Made by a program: the position numbers and the translations under genes
Shown here: positions 48,319-61,760 of the stretch, piece by piece
How the letters are laid out: the number at the start of each line of letters is the position of its first letter
Position numbering within the stretch: the first letter of the stretch is position 1
Notes under the pieces: model-generated
Database searches by the model: none
What the model saw: the letters and a program-made list of their open reading frames with translations, nothing else
Told to the model about the DNA's origin: nothing
From: Dendrobates tinctorius
Lineage: Eukaryota
Assembly: GCF_039654945.1 (NCBI RefSeq)
Contig: NW_027361869.1
Location: 7,130,001-7,194,000, forward strand
Length of the DNA stretch: 64,000 nt
Direction: 5' to 3'

Positions 48319-49072
48319 GTAGTTTTTCTTAGGGTGGTCTCACACGTCCAGATAATTCCGGTACCGGAAAAAACGTTATCGGAGCTGGCCGTGTGTCCAT
48401 GTGGATATGTGGTACCTCCATGTGGCAACCGTGTGCCACATCAGGACCACACAGGAGGCCACCGGGGAAGAAGTGCTACAGTAAGCGCTGTTCCCCAGCG
48501 GCTGGTGCTGAACGCGGCTGTCATTGTTCTCTCCTGCTCTGCTGGCAACAGCGAGCAGGAGAGAAGAATGAATGAAAACCCTGACGTTGGGCCCCCCTCT
48601 GTTTGTAAACCAAGCCGGCAAAACTCACAGCGGGGGGCTGCTATTCTGAGGCTTGTAAGAGGCCATTGATCTTGGCCCCCCCAGCATAAAAACAGCAGCC
48701 CACAGCTGCCCAGAAAAGGCGCATTTATTAGATGCTCCTCTTCTGGAGCTTTGTCAGGTTCTTCCCACTTGCTCTGTAGTGGTGGCAAATGGGGTCATAA
48801 GGGGTTAATATCACCTTTCTATTGTAAGGTGACATTAAGCCCGGATTAGTAATGGAGAGGTGTCAATAAGACACCTCTCCATTACTAATCCTATTTGTAA
48901 GAAAAGGGTTAAATAAACACACACAATTAGAGCAAAGTATTTTAATGAAAAAATACACTACACACATTGTTTAAAGCTTTATTATACTCCTAATTCCATA
49001 TCGACGCCATCGTTCTGTAAAAAAGTGTAAAATAATAAACTAACAATATCCCATACCTGTCCCACAATTAGT

Positions 49073-50370
49073 CAACATGTATGTCAATACCTGGATAAGA
49101 ATGAAGTGATTAAACAGAGTCAGCATGGGTTTGTAACTAATAAGTCATGTCAGACTAACTTAATTTCCTTCTATGACGGTATCACTGATTGGGTGGATCA
49201 AGGAAATGCTGTAGATATAGTATATCTTGACTTCAGCAAAGCATTTGACAAAGTCTCTCATACAATCCTTATTGAAAAAATGATTAAGTATGGAATGGAC
49301 AAGGCAACTGTTAGGTGGATTCATAACTGGCTTAGTGATCGGACCCAAAGAGTGGTCGTAAATGGCTGCACATCCAGTTGGAAGAATGTCTCAAGTGGGG
49401 TACCACAGGGCTCTGTCCTGGGCCCTGTATTGTTCAACATCTTTATCAACGATTTAGATGAAGGAATTGAGGGTAAACTGATTAAATTTGCTGATGACAC
49501 AAAGCTAGGAGGGATAGCTAATACTAGAGAAGAGAGAGAGAGGATTCAAAAAGATTTAAATAAACTGGAGAAGTGGGCAGCAACTAACAGAATGGTTTTT
49601 AACAGGGAGAAATGCAAAGTACTACATCTGGGCAATAAAAATGGAAAAAACATATATAGAATGGGAGGAATAGGGCTAAGTGACAGCACATGTGAAAAAG
49701 ACTTGGGTATACTAATAGATCACAGACTGAATATGAGTCAACAGTGTGATGCAGCAGCAAAAAAGGCAAATGCAATTCTAGGATGTATTAACACAAGCAT
49801 ACAGTCTAGATCACGTGAAGTCATTATTTCCCTCTACTCCTCTTTGGTCAGACCTCATCTGGAATATTGTGTCCAGTTTTGGGCACCACATTTTAAAAAA
49901 GACATCAACAAACTGGAGCAAGTTCAGAAAAGAGCGACCAGAATGGTGACCGGTCTGCAAACCCTGTCTTATGAGGAAAGGTTGCAGGATTTGGGAATGT
50001 TTAGTTTGCAAAAGAGAAGACTGAGAGGAGACTTAATAGCTGTCTACAAATATCTAAAGGGCTGTCACATTGTAGAAGGATCAACTTTATTCTCATTTGC
50101 ACAAGGAAAGACTAGAAGCAATGGGATGAAACTGAATGGGAGGAGACACAGATTAGATATTAGAAAAAACTTTTTGACAGTTAGAGTGATCAATGAGTGG
50201 AACAGGCTGCCACGAGAAGTGGTGAGTTCTCCTTCAATGGAAGTCTTCAAACAGAGGCTGGACAGACATCTGACTGGGATGATTTAGCGAATCCTGCTTT
50301 GAGCAGGGGGTTGGACCAGATGGCCCAGGAGGTCCCTTCCAACTCTACGATTCTATGATTCTATGATTCT
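49073..50370 (+). mobile_element. 5'-truncated CR1 (CR1-c) in a KDM8 intron
   Basis: Near-identical to the CR1-a/b RT and tail. Confidence 0.95.
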
Positions 50371-50998
50371 AAGTCTCATGGCGTAAATCCATCTCAGGGG
50401 TTAATCAATTTACTGGCGGAGTGATGCTAATGCGACCGCTCGGACTGTAAACTACTGGGGAATGAATGGTAGCAGACGGCGCATGCTCATTAACTAGCAG
50501 TGACGTCAACGCTCATCACTGCGCCCGCTGCTTCCATTTACAGTGTGAACTGTTCTCCGTGTGCCGTGTTCAGCACGTTTTGCGGACTGTGCGCTCCCAC
50601 AAGCACTGACATGTCTCCATGTTTTACACACAGACCGTGCGTCCGTGAAAACACGCTGACATGTGCAGAGACATTTTCATGTTAATGTGTCTACGTGTGT
50701 CAGTGTCTCCGGTACGTGAGGAAACTGTCACTACACGGACCGGAGCCACTGACGTGTGAAACTGACCTTAGAGATTAGACATATTTGTTTGTGAGATGTT
50801 GTAGTTTGTTATAACTGTCTCTGTTCCTTCCAGCCAATCACAGATCAGCTTTGATTTTTCTAAATCTGTTTAAAAAAACAAAATGGAAGCTGATCTCTGG
50901 TTGCTATGGGAAACGGAGACCATTATAATAAATGAGTCCCAATGTGTGTTTTATAGAAGATGGTGGCGTAACAATCTTATGGTTATTTCTCTGTGCAG

Positions 50999-51159
50999 AA
51001 AATACCCCGTCCACTCTCCCCGGTCCTGTGTGCCGATACCACAATTCCTACAGTGCGCTGCCCCTCACTGGAACACTTCAGGCGCAATTACCTGATACCC
51101 CAGAAAGCTGTAATATTGGATGGGGTCATCGATCACTGGCCATGCATGAAGAAATGGAG
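50999..51159 (+). CDS. KDM8: KDM8 exon (KIPRPLSP..IPTVRCPSLEHFRRNYLIPQKAVILDGVIDHWPCMKKW)
   Basis: Matches JMJD5 PSL.HF....L.P...VIL.GV.DHWPCM.KWS; CAG acceptor and AG|GTAAGA donor. Not present in the ORF track frames. Confidence 0.93.
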
Positions 51160-51457
51160 GTAAGATGGTACATCGGGGTGTAAGGAGCAGGCCCAGCAGC
51201 GTAGAGTGCTATGTACATGGCGGGTGTCAATTAACTTGCTCTGAATGCTGCTGTTAACCATTTAGATGCACCTTTAATTTCTGAAAGACGAGTTTAAATC
51301 GTTACCATCTGTGTGAGTGGTAGTTCAGACTCTCATCCCCTCCATTCACCCTACCCGCAACCCTGAAAGCCTTTGTCACCGCCATCTTCGGCCTCGTGGG
51401 AAGCCCTGTCTGCGGTGGGGTTATAGGAGACCAGTAGTTTCCAAGTGTACTGAAAAG

Positions 51458-51732
51458 CAGGGCTGTGGAGTCGGTAAACCAAACCTGCGACTCCGACTCC
51501 TCAATTTCCCTTACACCGACTCTGACTCCGACTCCCACATATATTGCTTGTATTTAAGTGAAAAATTTATTGTAGTACAATGTGAACATCAGACATTTAA
51601 TCATTTTTATGATACAATGATCAAGATATTTAGATAGAACATAATATATATTTATTAGAATACAACTTTAGAACACAAAAAACGAATACATTGTAAATAT
51701 GCAATACACTATGTAATATCGATTTTATACAT

Positions 51733-51800
<68 letters not shown>

Positions 51801-52587
51801 GAATGCAGCAGCACATGTACGTGAATTCAGGCCATGTGAAAACACAGAAAAACATTATAACGATTCAATTTAGATAATCCTCAAAAATATTTTGTTCAAA
51901 AAAACATTTTTTTTACTTAAAGTAATATAAAAATGAAGGTTCTTAGTGCACAAATTGGCCAATTCATGTAAGCCCATCAACCACGGCAAGGTGACCTCCC
52001 CTGATGGGTCCCTGCTCTTCCGTACATAAGCCACTTCTGGGCCACCAGCCTACAATTTTGGACAAACATGTCACTACCGGGCTAAGCCTACAATTTATGG
52101 GCAGGTATAGCTGATTGCGGCCACCTGCAAGGCCAATGGGAGGGGTGCAAGATCAGGCTAGAGGCAGCTAGCATCCAGCAACTAAATAGAAAAAAAAAAA
52201 ACCTGACCAGCACCTCCTATTGTGAACATGTGCAAGCTGCAAAAACTGCACAATATAGAGAAAAAGGCTGGTGGCCCAGAAGTGGCTTATGTACGGTAGA
52301 GCAGGGACCCATCAGGGGAGGTCACCTTGCCGTGGTTGGTGGGCTTACATGAATTGACCAATTTGTGCACTAAGAACCTTCATTTTTATATTACTGTAAA
52401 TAAAAAAAAAAAAAAATGGTTTTTGAAAAAAATATTTTTGAGGATTATTATCTAAATTGAATGGTTATAATGTTTTTCAGTGTTTTCACATGGCCTAGAT
52501 TCATGTACATGTGCTGCTGTATTCTTTTTCTCTATATTGTGCAGTTTTTGCAGCTTGCACGTGTTCACACTAGGAGGTGCTGGTCAG

Positions 52588-52618
<31 letters not shown>

Positions 52619-55385
52619 GTATGTATAATATATATATATATTATACACACACAGTGGCATGCAAAAGTTTACGCACCCCTGGTCAAAATTACTGTTATTG
52701 TGAACAGTTAAGCAAGTTGAAGATAAAATGATCTCTAAAAGGCCTAAAGTTAAAGATGACACATTTGTTTTGTATTTTAGGCTAAAAAGTAATACACATT
52801 AGTAATTTTTAAAATGTGAAAAAATGACAAACGAAAAATGGTCCGATGCTAAAGTTTGGGCACCTTTGGAGATTTGTGTGCTCAGATAACTTTGACCAAG
52901 GTTTCTGACCTTAATTAGCCTGTAAGGGATATGGCTTGTTCACCCTCAATGTTAGGAAAGGCCAGCTGATGCAGATTCCACAGGTTTAGAAACACATAGC
53001 CTCCTCCAACCTTGTGCGAAAAAACAGCCACCATGGGTTCTTTTAAGCAGCTGCCTAGCACTCTGAAAATGAAAATGGTGGAGGCCCACAAAGCAGGAGA
53101 AGGCTATAAGAAGATAGCAAAGCGTTTTCAAAACAGTGGAGGTCAAGATAAGGTCTGGAAGGCCAAGCAAAATTTCAGAGAGAGCTGCTTGTAGGATTGC
53201 TAGAAAGGCATATCAGAACCCCCACTTCACTGCAAAAGACCTTCAGAAAGATTTAGCAGATTCTGGAGTTGTGGTAATTGTTCTACTGTTCAGAGGCACC
53301 TTATCAAATATGGCCTTCATGGAAGAGTCATCAGAAGAAAACCTCTCCTGCACCCTCACCATACAATTTAGCATCAGAAGTATGCAAAAGAACATCTAAA
53401 CAAGCCCAATGCATTTTAGAAACAAGTCCTGTGAATCGTTGAAGTTAAAATAAAACTCTTTGGTCGCAATGATCAAAGGTATGTGCAGAGAAAAAATTGC
53501 ATAGAATTTCAGGAAAAGAACATCTCTCCAACCATTAAGCATGGGGATGGATCAATCATGCTTTGGAGTTGTGTTGCAGACAATGGCACAGGGAGCATTT
53601 CACAGGTAGAGGGAAAAATGGCATCAATAACAAATTCTTGATGCAAACATAACACCATGTGTAAAAAAAAAAGCTGAATTTGAAAACAGGATGGCTTCTA
53701 CAAATGGATAATGATCACACACATCAAAATCCACAATAGACTACCTCAAAAGGCGATAGCTAGAGGTTTTTCTATGGCCCTCACAGTCCCCCGATTCGAT
53801 CATCATTGAAAATCTGTGGCTAGCCCTCAAAATAGCAGTGCATGCAAGACGACCCAGGAATCTCACAGAAATGGAAGAATTTTCCAAGGAAGAATGGATG
53901 AAAATCCATCAAACAAGAATTGAAAGACTCTTGGCTGGCTACTAAAAGCGTTTACAAGCTGTGATATTTTTAAAAGGGAGTGCTACTAGGTACTAACTAT
54001 GCAGGATGCCCAAACTTTTGCATTGGCCTATTTTCCTTATTGTAATTTTTAAAATGTAAAAAATGACAATATATAATTTTTTTGGCCTAAAATACAGAGA
54101 AAATGTGTCATCTTTAACTTTAGCCCTTTTAGAGATCATTCCATCTTCAACTTGCTTAACTGGTTACAATAACAGTAATTTTGACCAGGGATNNNNNNNN
54201 NNNNNNNNNNNNNNNNNNNNNNNNNNNNNNNNNNNNNNNNNNNNNNNNNNNNNNNNNNNNNNNNNNNNNNNNNNNNNNNNNNNNNNNNNNNNNNNNNNNN
54301 NNNNNNNNNNNNNNNNNNNNNNNNNNNNNNNNNNNNNNNNNNNNNNNNNNNNNNNNNNNNNNNNNNNNNNNNAAGTGGCAAAAAAACAGTTTTCAACAAA
54401 AACATACTAAATAACATTTGTGCAGTCTATTAATTTTTTCTAAGACATAGAATTGCCTCCATCAGATCCTCCTTCATAGATGACCTCAAATCTGACCTAA
54501 TAATTTTAAGGCTAGAGAACAACCTCTCTACAGTAACTTGGGTTGGAGGCAAAGCCGTAACCACATGGACAACATCTCTAACAATTTACGGGTATAAAGG
54601 AATTGCCTTATGCACAGTCAGTTTTGATGAAACATTTTGCTGAAATATGGTCAATCTGCTTGCTATAGGAGACGGAGTGAAATCTTTTTCCTTGCGGCAA
54701 CGCTTTGGCTGCTCCATGTCATCAAAATACATGCCAAAGTCAAACTCCTCATCTGATGAGAACATATGGCAGCAGTAGCACTCTCAGGACCCAAGTCCTC
54801 TTGCGCCTGGCAGTCCTCCTGTAGGCCACTCTTCCTAACTGCTACCTCAGTCAGAGCTTCTTTTCCTTTAGTAAGCTGTTGATCATCAAGCAATATACGA
54901 TAACTTGGGTCCACATAAACAGCTGCCAGAAAAAAATTATTTTCCAACAGCTGTGTCTGTCTCCATTTCATTGAAGCAGAAATGCCATCTGCGATTAAAC
55001 CTCCTCTTTGGGACAGGCAAAATAGCAAGTTCTTCCACTCCCTTATGAAAATGCCAGGAGTTAAATCCTCAGCTTGTAATTTTTTAGTCACGGTAAATAG
55101 GTGATTAAGCAATTCCTTCAATTCAGCCACCTGTGTCCATTGACCTTCATTTAGGGTTACCTGAGGGTTCGCCATATCTATAAGAAACGGTTTTAGTTCA
55201 AGCAATCGCTCAATCATTAAATAAGTGCTGCCGCACTGAGTGGCTTGATCGACAATTGCCCCTTTCCCAACACGTCTCCTCAAAATGGAATTTTCCAATC
55301 AGATTTCCAGCATGTCCCTCTTGCAGACTATCTCTTATTGCCAGCTGCAGCGTGTGCACAACTTTCTCACTTTCTCCAGCTCGGG
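51458..55385 (-). mobile_element. Degenerate hAT transposon with nested insertions; transposase remnant at about 54440-55385
   Basis: End CAGGGCTGTGGAGTCG with GACTCC repeats; STYLMIERLL and C-terminal PPTQVTVERLFS dimerisation-domain motif. Confidence 0.7.
52652..54192 (+). mobile_element. Tc1-like transposon with IR/DR ends and decayed transposase; right tip in an N gap (54193-54372)
   Basis: CAGTGGCATGCAAAAGTTT start, about 200-bp inverted repeats with inner direct repeats; GEGYKKIAKRF, RSGRPSKIS, KHGxGSIM, WPSQSPD motifs. Confidence 0.9.
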
Positions 55386-55977
55386 GCCCAGGAATCAGAT
55401 CCTGTGCAGGGCAGGCACCCCTCCTCTCTCTGGTGAAGACGGCAGAAGACAGGACAGAGGAGGGGAGATTGCCCCCTGCAGTCTGGAGCCGGTGCAGGAC
55501 GGGAGCACTGCAGCATACAAGTGAGTTTTGATAGGTTCCCCCCCGCCCCTCGATGGCTACGGCCATGATTCACACACAGCGTGTTTGCGGATCCGTTTTT
55601 TGCAGTAAAATGCAGTGACTGGGCATCCCAGCAAAGTCAATGGGTTTCAAGATATGACATTCAGACACATCGTTTTGTGAGGATCCGTTTTTGGGCTGAA
55701 TGAGCATGTCAGTTTGGGTGGCGTTTTTCTAATCTGCTTTTGCTATTGAAAAACATTATCTATGAGCTCAAAAACCTTTCAGGTGATAAGTTTTTTTTGA
55801 AAATCTGATCTGCTTTTGCAGCTGAAAAACGTATCCTCAAAAAACGCTGTGTGTGAATGTAGCCTTAGATCAGGAATAGAACAGCCATTCATAGGATATT
55901 TCATAACTTTCCCAAATTCCTATGAAAAAATATTCAGCACATTCTGCACTGAATTACTGTACCCAATTTATTATATA

Positions 55978-56545
55978 CTAGCTGAAGAGCCCGGCGTTGC
56001 CTGGGCATAGTAACTAACTGTGGTTAGTTATAGCAAATTATAATGATTATATTGCACATAAAAACATTTCACATCATATATTCAACACTACAGATTTGCA
56101 ACACAAATTAACTAAATGATTACCCAATTATTGACAGTATTTTTTTTCAACTCATTCAAGAGCCTTTTGATAAACGTGTATCTGTGTATCTAACCCTATC
56201 CTGTGTGATAATGTCTGCTGAGAGGTGTGTACCTAATCCTCTCCTGTGTGATACTTTCTGCTGAGCTGTGTATCTAATCCTATCATGTGTGTTACTGACT
56301 GCTCAGCCGTGTATCTAATCCTTTCCTGTGATACTGACTGCTGAGCCGTGTATCTAATCCTATCCTGTGTGATACCGTCTGCCGAGCCGTGTATCTAACC
56401 CTATCCTGTGTGATACTGACTGCAGAGCTGTGTATCTAATCCTGTCCTGTGTGATACTGACTGCTGAGCCATGTGTCTAATCCTCTCCTGTGTGATACTG
56501 ACTGCTGAGCTGTATATCTAATCCTATCCTGTGTGATACTAGGCT
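55978..56545 (-). mobile_element. Helitron-like 3' end with internal roughly 38-bp minisatellite (56170-56540)
   Basis: The minus strand ends with hairpin CCCAGGCAACGCCGGG, then CTAG followed by T. Confidence 0.65.
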
Positions 56546-56813
56546 CCCCCTGCAGTCTGTGTCAGAGGGTGGTCTGTGTTGGCACGGTAATAAATTGTGT
56601 TATTTCCAGCTTTACAGAAGGACGATAACACCATAGAAATGTTAAGAATAATAGGCAAAATTGTTTGGAGAATTGGAACGCGCTGGGTTAAAATTTCGCC
56701 TCACAACATAGCCTGTGACGCTCTCGGGGTCCAGACGTGTGACTGTGCCAAATTTTGCGGCTGTAGCTGCGACGGTGCGGATGCCAATCCCGGACATACA
56801 CACATACATACAC

Positions 56814-59800
56814 TTTTTTTTCTTTCCCCATGACAGCACCGCAGACATGAGAGATGGTATCTGCCCCCAGGAAACAGGAAACCTGTAGCAGAGACATAAG
56901 AAGGGGGCGGCACCTCTCTTCCTCAGTTTGGTTTCCTGTTTCCCGCAGGCGGATGCCGGTTGCAGAGTCCGTACCTCCGGAGGGATCCCCCTCTGATGTC
57001 GTCCGGTCAGGAGGCCGAATTCCGCGGGGAGAGGCAGCGAGGCGTGGTGGCGCGCGCCTGTCAGACCAGCTCGGTGGGCGCTGTGAGTGGTGTCCTCCTC
57101 GTGAGACTCCCTGGTGGCCGCTCCAGTGGGAGGCTGGGCTGGGGGAGGCGTGGCCACCATGACGCTGGCGCCGACTGAGTGGCGACGGCTTCTGGGGTCT
57201 CACCGGAAGTGACGTCACACGACGGGGGAGCGGTGTACTGGGCTCTTCCGGGCGGGAGCAGTCCCAGAAGCGCGCACCGCTCCTCCATAAAAAGGAGGCA
57301 AGGCAGGTGCCACTGGTCCCTGAGAGGCTGCACACAGGCTTCGGAGTTGTAGAGCCAGATCAGCAGCGGAGCGCAGATATGGATCCTGAAGGCGAGATGC
57401 GCGCGCAGGAGGAAGAGCCACCTGCTACCGGGGTACCCAGAGGGCCAGGTGAGTGCCTTTTGTAAGGCAGCACAATATATTAACAACTGCCCTATGTATG
57501 TATTCTGTAGGGAAAGGCCACATCAAAGCACAACAAGGAATCTGCATTATGCAAAACGGCACTAGCTAAATCTTATGAGAAGCGACTTTGTCGCTCGTGC
57601 ATTAAAAAAAACAGTGGCCGAAGAGTCACCATCCCTGCTCCAGAGCATTAAAACTATGATCCGGGATCAAGTAAAGTCGACGGTAAAAGATGAATTAAAG
57701 GAGCAGACTACACTTGGCTCCGATATAACTACTGCTTCACCCCCGCCCCCACCTCCTCCTCTCCCTCCCACAGAAATAACTACAGACATAGAGTCTGAGG
57801 AAGAACAAGGGGAGATAGGGCCCTCGGACTCGGACCTAGACTCCTCGGACGAGGAAAATGGTCGTCCATATTTCCTTTCTGAGGACATTGGGAAATTACT
57901 AAAGCTTGTAAGGTCCACAATGGGACTTCAAACACCAAAAGAGCCAAAGTCAACTCAAGATGCTATGTTTAGCAATCTTGACGGGACAATACAAAGGTTT
58001 TTTCCTTCCATGATAACCTGTTAAATTTGATCAAGAGGGAATGGAAGAAACCCAACAAAAAAATGTCCATACCGCAGGCGCTCAAACGTAAATACCCGTT
58101 TGATGAGGAGGTATGCGATAAATGGGAAAAAGCTCCCAGGCTAGATGCCGCCATTGCTAGTACATCCAGGGGAATAGCATTGCCATTTGAGGACATGGGC
58201 ACCTTAAAAGATCCCCTTGACAAGAAAGCAGACGCTTTTCTAAAATCTGCTTGGGAAGCATTGGCTTAGTCATTTAAGCCGGGGGGTGGCTGCCACTTGT
58301 ACAGCGCACGCTATGGTCAAGTGGTTAGACGAATTAAGTGACCAAATTAAGAATAAATGCCCTAGGGAGACACTACTGGAGGCAATACCTTCCCTACAGA
58401 AGGCAGCGGGATTCCTGGCTGATGCCGCAGTAGATTCTGTCCGAGGTGCCGCCCGTGCATGCGCCCTTTCAAATTCAGACCGCAGAGCACTTTGGTTAAA
58501 GAACTAGTCGGCAGACTTCCAGTCAAAGGTTAAACTCTGCGCCGTCCCTTGTGAGGGTCAATACCTGTTTGGGAAAGCATTGGACGAAATTTTAGAAAAA
58601 GTGTCAGATAAGAAAAAACGGTTTCCACTCCCCTTCCCTAGGCGTCGGTGGACTGAAGCTCGCTCGTCCTTTCGTGGAGCAGGGAACAGAGGGAGCCGAG
58701 GGCGGCCAGACGATAGAACCACGCGGGGCAGACCCTGGAGGGGAGAAGAGAAAGGATTCCCCTTTAGTAAAACCACACCGAGACCCGATACTAAGCAATG
58801 ACGCCAGGGCGGTTGGGGGAAGGCTTCGGTTCTTTGTCCATCAATGGGTAGCATTGCCCGCCTCAAAGTGGGTAACCGACCTGTTAGCCGAGGGCCTATG
58901 ACTAAGTTTTCTAAGCCTTCCACCTCAAAGAGTAAAAGTGACCCGGGTAGCCAAAAAGAATCAGGCCACGCTAGAAAAGGAGATTCAACTCCTCATGCAA
59001 AAGGAGGTACTAATAAAAGTACCGTGTTATCAAGTAGGGAGAGGATTGTACAGCACTCTGTTCCTCACGCCAAAACCAGATGGGTCACTAAGAACAATAT
59101 TCAATCTCAAAGCCCTGAATCAATACATCAGAACAGAGAAATTCAAAATGGAGACCATGGGGTCAGCAGTGAAGCTACTCGACCCGGGTTGCTACATGGC
59201 AGTAATAGATCTTACCGACGCCTATTACCATGTCCCAATATGGGGGGGAACACCAACAATATCTAAGATTGGTAGTAGAGATTGCTAAAGTCCCCACTCA
59301 TCTACAGTACCAGTGCCTACCCTTCAGGGTATCAGTGGCCCCTCGTATATTTACAAAAATCGTCGGGGAAGTAGCGTCCTTTATAAGAAGGGAAAATGTC
59401 CTGTTGGCACCCTATCTAGACAATTTCCTCGTCATAGCAAACGACAAGCAAAATTGCAAAAATGCAGTTAAAAAGGTCCTGGAAATATTAACCAGGTTAG
59501 GCTGGATGATCAATCTAAAAAAATCCAAATTAACTCCAGTGCAGTCACAAGAATTCCTTGGAATTCAATTGGACTCATTAAAACAGCAGTGCATTCTTCC
59601 AGAAAGGAAAGTTGGGGCTATCCAACAAAAAATACCAAGGATACAATCCGGTCGAGCCATATCAGTAAGAGAGGCAATGTCGGTCCTGGGCACGTTAACA
59701 GCAACAATCCCAGCGGTCCGGTGGGCACAAGCCCATACGAGAGAACTACAGTGGCAGATCCTATCCGAACAGGAGAAGGGTCCTTCCAATTTAAATCGGG

Positions 59801-61760
59801 AGATCATTCTCTCACCTCAAGTGCAGGAGTAATTAAAATGGTGGCTGAGCACTGAAAACTTAAACAGATCAGTGCCCTGGACTACTCAAAACTTGGTGGT
59901 ACTGACCACGGACGCAAGTCCGAGTGGTTGGGGGGCACACATAGAGAAACGAACCCTACAGGGCCAGTGGGAACCCAGAATGAGGGATGCATCCTCAAAT
60001 CTAAAAGAACTGGCGGCTGTGAGGCGAGCCCTTCCCCTAGTAAAGCGAGAAGTGCAAGGGAGACATGTCACCATATTATCCGACAACAACACGGTCATAG
60101 CATACATAAACAGACAAGGGGGTACAAGGTCGGCAACCCTTATGGCAGAGGCCAGGGAATTATTCACATGGGCTTATTGGGTACACATTTAAAGGGGGCA
60201 GACAATTATTTGGCCGACTATTTAAGCCGTCATGTACTACATCAGGGAGAATGGTCCCTAAGTCAAAAAATATTTGGGGAAATCTGCGCTGCCTGGGGCA
60301 CACCAGAAGTAGACCTGTCTGCTACCAGGGAAAATCGAAAAGTGGACAGGTTCTACTCCCTAAATCCAAGAGAGCAACCAGAGGGGGTGGATTCGCTACT
60401 ACACCGGTGGAAATTTCATCTGGCCTATGCATTCCCCCCCATTTCCATTGATTCCAGTAGTCTTGAAAAAGAACAGACAGGACAAAGCTCGAATAATCCT
60501 GGTTGCGCCCTTCTGGCCGAAAAGGGCATGTTCACATGGCTCAGATGCATGTCTATCTCGGACCAATGGATCCTCCCAGATACCCCGAATCTGCTATACC
60601 AGGGCCTAGTAGAACACCCCAGGGTTCACAGGCTGCACCTCACTGCGTGGAACTTGAGAGGGGACTCCTTCTAGCAAAAGGGTTCTCAGTCCCGTTAGTA
60701 ACCACCCTGCTCGCTAGCAGAAAGGAGGTAACTTCACGTAAATACCAAAAAATTTGGGAAAAATTCTTGCAGTTCACGGGCCGACAATGGACTGGGGCAG
60801 CCCAGAAAATACCAATAAAAGAGATCCTAGAGTTCCTCCAGAAAGGACTGGATAAAGGTCTATCCACAAGCACAAGTTTAGGTATCGGCCCTGGGTGCGT
60901 TGTTTGATCAAAAACTGGCTGATCACCCATGGATCTATAGATTCATTCGGGCCTCCTTTACATCCAGGCCCACAAAATTAACATCTAAGGTATCTCCCTG
61001 GGATCTAAATTTAGTATTAAGGGCACTGACAGCATCTCCATATGAGCCTATTGCTTCCATCTCAATAAAGGTGCTAACGCTAAAAACAGTACTCCTGGTG
61101 GCCCTAACCTCATCTCGTCGTGTCTGCGAGCTGCAGGCAATATCTGTAAATCCACCATATACCACCTTTTTGGATGATAGAGTGATCATAAAAACTGATC
61201 CAGCCTTCCTACCGAAGGTAAATTCCAAATTCCACAGGGAGCAGGAGATAATTTTGCCCTCGTTTTGTCCAAACCCCAAATCCCAGGGAGAGAAAACCTT
61301 CCATTGCTTAGATGTCAGACGTTGCCTGCTTCAATATATAGAAGCCTCAAAATCATGGCGACAGTCTTCAGCCCTTTTTGTCTCCTTTCAGGGGACAAAC
61401 AGGGGTAAGAAAGTTTCAAAATCAACAATTGCGCGATGGCTACGTATGGGTTTTGCACTGGCTTATTCTTCTTTAGATCAGACTCCCCCACTGGGTGTAA
61501 CAGCTCACTCTACAAGAGCCATAGCCACGTCCTGGGCTGAAAGGGCAAATGCTTCGGTTGAGCAAATCTGTAAAGCAGCAGTATGGTCCTCACCATCCAC
61601 TTTCTTCCGACACCTATAGACTAGACCTAGGGCCCTCAAATCTGGCCTTTGGGAGAAAAGTGTTGTCTGCTGTTTTCCCACCCTAGGAGTCTATTCTATC
61701 TTTCCTCTCATGTCTGCGGTGCTGTCATGGGGAAGGGAAAAAATGATGATTACTCACCGG
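56814..61760 (+). mobile_element. DIRS1-like tyrosine-recombinase retrotransposon (gag, RT-RNaseH-MT, YR), frameshifted
   Basis: Inverted terminal sequence 56821-56854 vs 61705-61743; IDLTDAYYHVPI, LPF...APRIFTK, YLDN; TTDASPSGWG; AYAFPP; TSSRRVCEL, AHSTR. Confidence 0.92.
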
